Shown piece after piece: positions 37,601 to 47,393 of a stretch of 64,000 nucleotides of DNA. The notes beneath the pieces are model-generated. The model was not told the origin of the DNA. It saw nothing but the letters and a program-made list of their open reading frames with translations, and searched no databases. The position numbers and the translations under genes were made by a program. The DNA is taken from contig NC_092670.1 of the NCBI RefSeq assembly GCF_964355755.1, forward strand, positions 5,446,201 to 5,510,200, written 5' to 3'. Positions within the stretch are counted from its first letter, which is position 1. Each line of letters opens with the position of its first letter. The stretch comes from Antedon mediterranea (lineage: Eukaryota > Animalia > Echinodermata).

Positions 37601-38899
37601 ATAGAAAAGATGATATAAGAGTCATTGCTCTAAGAAATATTTAAGTGGAGTATGGATACATAACGCAGTCATTGAATTAAAAAACAATGATGATGGTAGG
37701 CCTAATGACTGCGATGATGATAGTGATGAGGAGGGTGATAGAAATAATGTTCTACCATAATGTTCTAGACCTTAATGAGTAACTACCGACATAATTATGC
37801 TATGATGAATGTTAGTTATTGTACTAGGCATATTGTTTCTTATTTAATACCTTTTCTATGCAATTTATCCAGTATTTGTTATTTCCATTTGCATCGCCGT
37901 TGACCACTTTCAACATATCCAACAAATGCATCCTGTCCTCAATTACTACCAATTCAGAATATCTAAAATTGCTACTGCAGACTAATTGTGTATCTTCAAA
38001 GTTTCTGCTTTTTGTATTTACCAGCCTATAACACGTTCCATTATGGTGTTTCCATCCCATAGAACACCTCGCACCTACTGGTGTAAAACCTAGACCAACG
38101 GATTATAAAGTAATTGCATCATCATTATTATTACTATTATTGATCATTAATATTTTTATCAAGGTTAAAATTATCGTCAACAACCTCTCCGTCATATATC
38201 TATACCGTAAAACGGAAAAGAATCGAAAATAAACTATAGCATATTTGGTTTGAAAAAATAATCTCAAAAAGTATCACATCTCGAAATGATGCTCTTATGT
38301 GCGTGGGCTGCTGTGTAGCTTGACCTCCAGAAGAGTAGGCCTAAATCTGAAAATATCTTTCTAAGAAATGATATTAAACATAATGGTTTTGAAAACTTCT
38401 GCGTACAGGTTTGTCAACAATTTCCGGTTAGGAACAGTCTGGTTTTCGGAATTCATGTAGGCCTAATCATGTACGTTTGGAAAATTTCAAAATAGTCATG
38501 CCATTAGGCCTAGATCCATATTATTATCTCTAAATAAAGAGGTTGTGATTATCGTCTTCCAAGGTAAATTTACAAAATGTGAAGATCAAATCATATGCAA
38601 TATGAATGAATGTGAGTTAGTTAGTTAGTTATCTTTAGGCCTAGGCCTACATGTTCAAATACAGGTCGCAGAGAGGTCAAGCTACAGTCTATAGCCCAAA
38701 CGCACACACATTTACCGCGCATCCACCACAAACTAGACGTATGTTCAGACGTATATGAATTAGCATTTACCTTTTATTGTTTTGTTGTTGATTTAACCAC
38801 ACATTATTATGACTACAATTCCAAGTATTAGTAGAATTTAAGTTTAAAAAACTTACCTATCATTATTATTCCAAGCATTAGCCTAACCAACGAGGTCAT
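28696..38899 (-). CDS. Adhesion GPCR, tandem copy B, ~748 aa
   Basis: 22 coding exons one-to-one with copy A: 38899-38857, 38089-37851, 37353-37320, 36352-36260, 35938-35625, 35530-35474, 35251-35155, 34754-34641, 34422-34365, 34220-34109, 33789-33737, 33523-33424, 33190-33087, 32651-32549, 32307-32154, 31815-31740, 31480-31414, 31190-31099, 30613-30493, 30292-30251, 29756-29661, 28773-28696 (2247 nt in total). Same GPS and 7TM motifs as copy A. Confidence 0.9.
29199..29375. mobile_element. Palindromic MITE (Harbinger-like), in the last intron of GPCR copy B
   Basis: TIR GCTTGGTTCCCACTAG / CTAGTGGGAACCAAGC with TAA/TTA flanks and a largely self-complementary interior. A decayed relative lies at ~63525-63630. 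Confidence 0.8.
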
Positions 38900-39586
38900 T
38901 GCGTTTGTGTTGTGCTGCAAACAGAATTATGAAACGACACAATAATATCATCATGATTCGTATTACCGTATTGTGGCTTAAAACTGAAGCCAAAAAACTT
39001 TTCTATATAGTTTTATATATCTAGGCCCTATAGATAGGCTTCCAATATTACCGTACAAACTGTAGGTGAACAAAAACAATTTACCGGTATTATACTTTCT
39101 CAATATTAATTCATACCACCTTAGAAACATGCAGTATTTAAACTATAGTTATAATAAGCCTATCATTCATTGAGCAGAAAAAAAACCCAACAATTATAAC
39201 AAACTTGGCTAGTTATCATTATGTTAAATACCATACATCTATTTTCCATGCCTATTAGTGTAAGTTCTAAACTATTGATATTTTCTAGGTGTATTGCACT
39301 ATACCGGTACACTTCAATAATACATTATTCATACCTTATATAATATTAATGATAATCTTCTGAGTAGTATAGTGCACTTTTGTGAATATTGAACTGTATT
39401 CCAAACATGTGACTTCACTACAGGTCTAACTAAAGTAATAAGGATATACTATATAAAAACAAGTGTTACAATATGTTTTACATCTCTACCATAGGCTATA
39501 ATGTTAAGAAACGAAGGAACCAATACAGAATTAAGGAAATGAAATCAAATCATAAACATCAAGACTACAGTAAACAACACTAGCCT

Positions 39587-39883
39587 TTATTCCCCCCGAA
39601 AACCCGGAAAAGTCGGTCACTTGTAATTATTATTTCCAGTTCTTTGTTGAAACTATGATAGCCTACACGTATCTCTTTTGCCCAGAGCAGAGATTTTGTT
39701 ATGGATATTTATCACAAGTGGTGTCCACGCATACACTATCTAAACATTATATTACATTTATACATGTATACATGTATCTGAACCAAATCTGCTCGGAGCT
39801 AAATGAGATATACGTGTAGGCTCAACTGACAAAATAATAATTACAATTCTGACCGACTTTTCTGGGTCTTTCTTGGGGAATAA
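39587..39883. repeat. ~300-bp foldback (long imperfect inverted repeat)
   Basis: TTATTCCCC..GAAAAGTCGGTCA..GCCTACACGTATCTC..GAGCAGAGATTTTGTT versus AACCAAATCTGCTC..GAGATATACGTGTAGGC..TGACCGACTTTTC..GGGGAATAA. Confidence 0.75.
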
Positions 39884-40097
39884 TTACAGGTTGGAAATAA
39901 AACTGTACCTAATAAGAAATAACATTGACATTAAATTGAGTAAATGAAGGAAATCAAAACCGAAATGTATTTCTAACCATAATAATCTGAGACCAAATTA
40001 TGTATAGATATAGATAAGCCTATCAATTTTATCTATTTATTGATAATAGACCTAATTAAGGATTTAGTTAATTTCATTGATCAAATCAGGTCATATA

Positions 40098-40934
40098 GTT
40101 GTAACAGTCTTTTATGTGGCTTACCTGACTATGAGATTGCAAAACTCCAGCTAGTTCAAAACACTGCTGCAAGGATGATCACTTTGACTAAAAAGCGGCA
40201 CAGTATTACACCGGTGTTGAAAGAGCTTCACTGGCTGCCAGTGTGTAAGAGAATAACGTTTAAAATCTCGCTGATCACTTACAAAGCGTTACATGGGCTT
40301 GCCCCTGATTATATTCGCGAGCTTATTTCTGAATACATCCCGTCGCGCTCTTTAAGATCTGGTGATCAATTTCTTCTAACATTACCAAAATCATCCACTG
40401 CTTATGGTAGGTCTTTTGCAGCAATAGCACCTTCATTATATGGAACAAACTTCCACTCTTTGTAAGACTTGCTCCTTCAGTCAGTATTTTTAAATCACGA
40501 CTGAAAGCCCATCTGTTCTCATCCGGTATTAATTAACTTATTCATTCATTCATTTATTCCTTCCCCGAAACCTTGACTCAGAAATACCGGGATGGTGTCC
40601 GGCGGGGGATAGTTTAACCCTAGCTTAAGTTGTGCATGCTTCATTTACTCTCTATTCTTAATTCTGGCCCCGAAACCTTGATTCATAAATACCGGGATGG
40701 TGTCCGGCGGGGGATAGTTTTACCTTAGTTAAGCATAGTTAAGCTTAGTTACATTTTTTTTTTTTTCACATTATTGATTGTCTCCATCCCCGAAACCTCG
40801 ACTAAGAAATACTGGAATGGTGTCCGGCGGGGGATAGTTTATTACCATTAGTTAAGGTCCTATGTAAAGCACCTAGAGGGGTCAGTGATCCATTAGGCGC
40901 TATATAAATACTGTTTATTATTTTATTATTATTA
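40098..40934 (+). mobile_element. 5'-truncated L2/Crack-type LINE (ORF2 C-terminus + 3' UTR)
   Basis: CNSLLCGLP..IAKLQLVQNTAAR..HSITPVLKELHWLPV..RITFKI..TYKALHGLAPDY..RSLRS, then after a frameshift WNKLP..FKSRLKAHLF. The tail is TGTAAAGCACCTAGAG..GGCGCTATATAAAT..(TTA)n. Absent from the paralogous site in copy A (~23945). Confidence 0.9.
40563..40840 (+). repeat. Three 53-bp GC-rich structured repeats in the L2 3' UTR
   Basis: CCCCGAAACCTTGACTCAGAAATACCGGGATGGTGTCCGGCGGGGGATAGTTT at 40563, with variants at 40668 and 40788, separated by AT-rich spacers. Confidence 0.9.
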
Positions 40935-41132
40935 TAACATTAATTGTCTCTGTCTTACCTTAATGTATTTCGTGACATTTATTTAAACTTGAAATCCCTT
41001 TAAAATTATCTGATCCACAAATGATTGATCACACGTTTCTCACACTAGTAGTTTCTTTCTGAATATATATTTGGCCTACAGCTACTAACGGAAACACTGC
41101 AACTGAAATATTGATTGAAATAGTAACTAACT

Positions 41133-41183
41133 CATTGACTCGTCATAGTTACGACCAATCAGATCGCTTCTTGCACTTTCGTA
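41133..41183 (-). promoter_or_regulatory. Conserved promoter block of GPCR copy B
   Basis: CTCGTCATAGTTACGACCAATCAG..TCTTGCACTTTCGT is homologous to 24165-24216 and lies upstream of the GTAAG donor at ~40958. Confidence 0.5.
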
Positions 41184-41229
41184 GTCATTCTTTTCATTAA
41201 CGTCGAAATATCAGAATTAAACATACAGA

Positions 41230-41987
41230 GAGTGTATACCTCCGCTTATAGTATAATTTTCCTACATAAGATTTCCCCAGACATTTTGTTTTTGTTGTGT
41301 CTTAGTGCTAAGTGTACTACAGCCTTGTGAATTTGGTGTAATGGTATCCAGCCATTCGCAGTTTTCCAGTTTCAATTAGGCCTACTGCTGAGATCTTTTT
41401 TCATAATAATTTTTATTATTAATAATAGTATATATATTTACTATGGACCTAAGTTTAACACATGTTCTGATGGAAACTTGCTTGTAGGCGGTCCAGAATT
41501 GGGATCCTGATCCGGATTGCCTCCGTGACAACATTATCTATTTGTGGTTTCAATTTGGTAGATTGGCAATAACTAACAAACAAACAAAAGAAAGCACTCA
41601 AAAACTGAGTTAAGAACTACTTTTAAAATGATAACTTTACAATAATTTTAGGAAATTGTAACAAACAAACAAAGCAAGTAAAAAAAATGGTTTTATTAGT
41701 AGATTAAGTCAAACTTACAATTCTTTTACTTTAAGAAACCCTGAGTTAGATATTTTTTGTAATAATTTCCGTAAGTTTCGTAACATTGTTAGTAGTTTAG
41801 TTTAATGTTTGTTATTGTATATGTTTGTGTTTGTCTGTGTTCCCTCCTGTAAGTGGTGAACCATGAGCTCACTGTTGGTTGGGAAATGAATAAATGAAAT
41901 AAACTATACTTGCTTTTATTTATTTTTATTATATTTTGCAAACACACGCGATCGAGACAACATAACATCCTTGCCGGAGGTAATAAA
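41230..41987 (+). mobile_element. Decayed HINE/DINE-like element
   Basis: Subterminal inverted repeat TACCTCCG (41237) / CGGAGGTA (41975), AAAC microsatellite traces, and a 3' end CATAACATCCTTGCCGGAGGTAATAAA. Confidence 0.45.
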
Positions 41988-42520
41988 GTTGTAATCAAGA
42001 TGTTGATTTAACTACATTTCAGGAAAAAGATCTATAAATACAAATAACAATAATTGCATGTAATATTTTAACACTATATCATCTGTTAGGCCTATAATAT
42101 AAATGCGAATTGATAATATTGATCTGTTTCGTGAACATGATTGTGCGGATGCGGATGTGCAGCATTGATCTTATTTGGAGTTCAATAAACAAAACCATCC
42201 TTTACAGCAGATAGAATCACTATTCATAATTTTTACGGGATAAATTTGTAAATTGTTAAATACTTTTTTGTTGATAAAATATATTTTGTTGTCTTTAATT
42301 AATTCCTTTGTCTACATTGATTTGTCGTTAGAAAAACGTGTGATCTTTTAATGTAATTTTGTTATAACTTTTCAAATATTGTTTAAAATATACGGTGTTC
42401 CAACATATTGTTGCTTTCATAATTGTATTGGTTTCTCATTTACTTAGGCTATCTTTGAAATTCGAGGTCTATGATGTCCACATACGTCAACAAAACATTC
42501 ATTTAAAAACAAATTTTAGT

Positions 42521-44916
42521 TCACCCACAAGCATCAGTCACAATTCGAAGTCCTCCGGCCTTCTCTATTTTTGTCAGAATTTTATACTCATCTGGCATGT
42601 TGTGAGTATTATTAAAGCTAACATCTTCATAATAGTGAAACAAGACTTGTCGCCCTGATGACGTCTGGTTAAATGGATAGAAGCCGTACAGGGACACCCT
42701 TTGACAAAACGTAGAAGCCAATGTGTAGAGGAACATTCCAGAAGATGGTATAGAATTTACTTTCCAGAACCTAAAACAATAAACATTCTCAATTATAGAG
42801 GAAAGAAGACACTGTATGTGGCGCTATGTCCTTTCTCAGAAGAAGATTTACACCAAGCTAGTTCTTGTCATAACAAATGTAGCCTATAAGATAGTCAATT
42901 GCAGCAACAACTTACCTTTGTAGTGGTCCTTTCAATTGCCTGTTTGGGTATGCTACCACGACATCGCTTTTGAGCTTACGAAAGGCGGACACAACATTCT
43001 CATAAACATACGACTGGACCCCATGTAGTTTCGAGAACCATACAATAGAGTCATTTATATGTTTTAAGTATCTCTTGACTGAATCATAACAGAAGGTGCC
43101 ATTATTACGTAAACACCTGTAGTAGAATTTTGCCACAGCACTATTCATACTAACAAGATTCGTTTGTTTACCAACGTCATTTTCATAATTTTCTATCGGC
43201 GCCATATTTGTTCGTAAGACAAAATCATGTGCATCAATTTCAGTTCCACAATTACTATCTTTTAAGATACCACTATTTCCTACAATTGCACATGTTTCAA
43301 TTATTTTCAGGCCGACATCTTCGTTGAGTGTGTACCTGGCGGGAAATGATATTTTACCGTCTGAAATATTTGGAGAGTTTTTAGAAAACACTTGTAACAT
43401 ATTTGTCGTTGACAATCCAGTCAGCTGAAGCTGCATCCTGTGGAGGAATAGTAAAGTCTAGCTTTTAAAAAAGAGCATCTTTGGGGCATTTTAGGATTTC
43501 TTAGCGTCCACTGCACTGAATTTGAAGATTCTCTGTTCTTTAAGTTAAGTCTGAGAAAACAAACAATCCAATGTCAGGTTATGGTGCTCTGTTTTTTCAT
43601 TCGAATTTTAACATAAGAACCATTTAAATTGATTGTCTCTCTTCATACTACGTAACTATTCATATACATTGTGTTACTGTCGCGTCACGTCAACATGCGT
43701 TTACCAGCGGTGGCGCCAGGATCTTTCCGACGCTATGTAAGTGAAGCGAGCATCACTAGGCTGGGGGTTAGGGCCCCCGGTGGGGATTCCAGGGGGCGAA
43801 GCCCCCGGGAGCAACGCGTTATAGCGTAATTTGATACCGTTTTAATAAGATTTAGGGTATCCAACTTTTTCCATTTTTTATGGTACATAAATAAAATATG
43901 GTGTGAAAAATACATTGCACGAAGTCCGTTGCGATGACTGTGTAAATACATTCTTTCAATTTTAAAAATGAAGTTATTAAAGAATATTCTTTACTCCATG
44001 GTGAAACGTACATTTTAGGTACCCGACGGTACAGAGGGTTAATCGTAAATTAAAAAATCGAACATACAAACAATAGATCGCCAACATTATTCGTACCCTT
44101 TTGCTGTATAGCGTCGGTGAACTTCGCCTGGAAAGTAACTACAGTACACACTTTGGTCCCTGGATGGAACATGATATCACGCGTAAACCGCAATGGGCTG
44201 GGTCCAATGTTAAACGATTCGTACGAAGGGATACCGCCAGACAAGTGCGTAACTATTGTTTATTTTTAGATCGCTGGCAATAATGCATACTGTACATATA
44301 AAGTGTAATAGCCCTCCGACGTACTAAAAAAAATGGAACGTCGCGGTTTTCTAGGCGCTGAAGCTACGAAGTGAACGTGAACGATTTTTACTGTATATAT
44401 TCCCCGACAAAAAGTACCTGTGTTCCCCGGGAACAGCCCCCGTAGCGCCCCCCCCCCCCCGCTGCCGCCACCACTGGCGTTTACTTCTTTCATTCATACC
44501 TAATATTTTGGGCCTTAGATGCATCAACATGCATAAACATCTTGGTAATATCTGGCGTATCTATGTGCACTCTTCTATAGGGTTTCCATGTTTGTGGTTG
44601 AATGGCATCCTTATAACCTTTTTTACTGGATAAGCCGCGGAACCTTAACAAAAATCAGAATAAAAATGTAAAGCAAGACATGGTACATTTAAAACAAAAA
44701 TGATCTCTTCCTCAGTGACGTAACGTTTAAGCGCTCGTTCTCAGCTTATTTTCATTTTTATGTAGGCCTATTTTGTGGTGGAACTATCGATGAAAAACTG
44801 GAAAAGCGGACTTACCTAGATTTCCTTATATTAGAACTTTTCAAAAAGCTGTCGATTTTATCAAAAGTCATAAGAACAAAGATTAAAGAGGTACCACCAA
44901 AGAAGACAAGAAGCAT
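42521..44916 (-). CDS. ST8SIA: Alpha-2,8-sialyltransferase (ST8Sia family, GT29), ~338 aa
   Basis: Exons 44916-44816 (TM anchor MLLVFFGGTSLIFVLM; start codon uncertain, exon acceptor at 44943), 44643-44500, 43437-42916 and 42770-42521. Sialylmotif L CAIVGNSGILKDSNCGTEIDAHDFVLRTNMAP..VGKQT, motif S PSSGMFLYTLASTFCQRVSLYGFYPF, motif III HYYE, motif VS HNMPDE, and a C-terminal Cys typical of ST8Sia. Confidence 0.92.
43705..44476. mobile_element. Non-autonomous hAT-like element with a perfect 8-bp TSD, in an ST8Sia intron
   Basis: TSD GCGTTTAC at 43697-43704 and 44477-44484; TIR CAGCGGTGGCGCCAG / CTGCCGCCACCACTG (13/15 match). Confidence 0.85.
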
Positions 44917-47393
44917 AGCTAATGTTTTCAGCTTCACTCTTGGCTTTAGAAAGATGAGAAAAACATAAATTATGTAATCAATACCAATACTATACTAATT
45001 CACTTTATTGTGATAGAGTCCAACTGTAGGTTATTTGGATACATTTTTCGACAAGAGGGAACATTTTATGATGTTCAGAAAAAGAGTGTATGGATAGGCT
45101 AACGGATAGCTACCATAAATAATTATCTTACGTTTGTCGATGTTACGCGCACTTTTAGTTTCAGATTTTGTATGAATGTTTATATGTCATTTTTGGAAAT
45201 TGTCTAGGTCAATCTAGAATACAATATATACCTGGCATATAGGCCTACCATAGGAATACATTTGGCTACTGAATAACAAATCACCTTTTTCGTCAGCAAC
45301 AAGTGTAAATTAACAGGTAGTCATTCTTCACAAATATTTTACCTACAACAACACAGATAATACCACGTGTGGGCGAAGCATAACAATACTTTCTTTTGTC
45401 ATGATACGCTTCAATTGTCAACTATAAAGTGTACAACCCCCGACATGCAAAAGAAAGTAAACAGCACTGTGGTTTCGGATAAGTTCTCAGATCGAATCTA
45501 GAGAATATCTGATCAGACTGCTATAAAACTTAGTCAATTTATTGAACCTCATGACGATATCTAAAAAAAATAATTACCATTTCACAACACGATGATTCTA
45601 AATAGACTGTGATAACATAGCATTTCTATGATAGGCGTACAGCTACGAATGGTTAAAATACCACGGACGACGTCATAGTTGAATATACCACCGTTCTGTT
45701 TAAATACCATCGATCTCTCCCCTTCTCTCTCACAAGATACAAAAAGGAGGGCGCTTTAACTTGTCATCAACATTCAAACTACTATTTTCTAATTTTGATC
45801 AGTTTAAATAAAAGAAATATTCCAATAGAAAAGAAATGATTTTTAAACATGAGTTATTCAACATTGCACCGTCTTAAATGATAACTGAGATTTTTTAAGA
45901 TGATTTTATACTCGTAAAGAAAACATTTTATGTTATATTACATGTAAGTTTCACCAAAATAAATCACAAAAACAGATTATTTTAGGCCTACCTGAAAACC
46001 CATAATCTAATGAAGAAGAAATATATTCAATCTGCCAGAGACAACATGTCGTTTATGTTGTCTTTTCATAATTGAAAAACTCCAAGAATTGTTTTCTTTT
46101 TTATTTGTTACACACTTTAGAGTTGTCGTATCTTATTGATTATTATTGGCATGCATGGTTTTTTTTTTTGTATGAGCATGGATTAAAGAATATTCTATTC
46201 TTTAATCCATGGTATGAGTCAGTACATAAATTTTCTTTCATTTCGTTTCGTGCAAAACCACATAATTCAAGAAACAAATCAACACTGCGCCCTCACACAG
46301 TTATGTAGTAGCAAGAAGGAAAAAGTATGGTGAGATGTTACGTGTTGTTTTGATTCCAGCTGTGCTCGTATCTATTTTATAGAACTTTCAGAATGATTTT
46401 ATTACATGAAAAGAGAATGGTAATTATATTCAATAATTATATAATAGTGTATATGCATTTTTTACTGCTAGAAATGTTTGGAAGACATAAAAATATGCTC
46501 TATTTCGAGATGTAGTAGTAGCCTAGCTAGGCCGGCTAGAGAGTAGGCCTAGCTAGGCCTAGGCTAGGTTAGATATGCTCTAGCTAGGCCTGGTAGAGCT
46601 AGCCAACCTACCTAGTCAACCAAATCCGGGACGATTCGGCCCGGGTTGAGTCGGCCCAGGTTTGGTGGGATGATTTTTTTAGCCGTAAACGTCCCGTCCC
46701 ACCTTTAGGCCAAACTATGGTTGTTATTATACATTTTTTATAATGACACTTTGTAATTGTTTTTTTTTTAGATTTTCATTCTTCTGTTTTTGTATGTGTC
46801 GGAGGAAACATAATTATGTATATTTTATATGCAAATGACAATAAATGGAAGTAATTTTCCACTGATGAATAAAGTTAAAAGTTTTGCTTGCAATCGTAAT
46901 TTCAGAATTGAATACGTTTGATCATCATAATCTAGTATTCATCCGTGTCTCTTGTCTTGTCTACTGTATGTATCCTCAGAAGTCAACTAAGAGTCTGAAC
47001 TTGATTAGTTTTAACTATTTTTTAGCCCTTCCCTTGATATAATTATTATTATTTGTATATTACAATGTTTATAATTTATATTTATGGGTAAATAAAGAAA
47101 GAAAAGAAAGAGTCGCTACCGATGCTTTTTTGTTAGTCACTCAGTCACTTAAAAATTGAAAAACTAACCTAGTAGTAGTAGTAGACCTAGAGACTAAATT
47201 ATAGTATGTTATCCATACTTTTAAAGCCATACTTCCTACTACTACTAGCTTGTTATCTGTACTGTATCAAATCACTGACTGAAAACATTTGTATGAAATC
47301 TTGATTAATACATCATATTTTAATTTATACTAATATTTTATTAATACCACTTTTCAGAAAAATATTTATTGAACAACTTTACAGAAGACTAAG

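Noticed and set aside
40563-40840. CRISPR-like repeat-spacer pattern
   Set aside because: Only three 53-bp units with unequal, partly related spacers, inside a LINE 3' UTR in a eukaryotic genome with no cas genes.
43438-43550. Extra ST8Sia exon starting at acceptor 43550
   Set aside because: It runs into a stop with no good donor. Splicing 44500 directly to 43437 gives an in-frame, family-like sequence (KAQNIRMQLQL).
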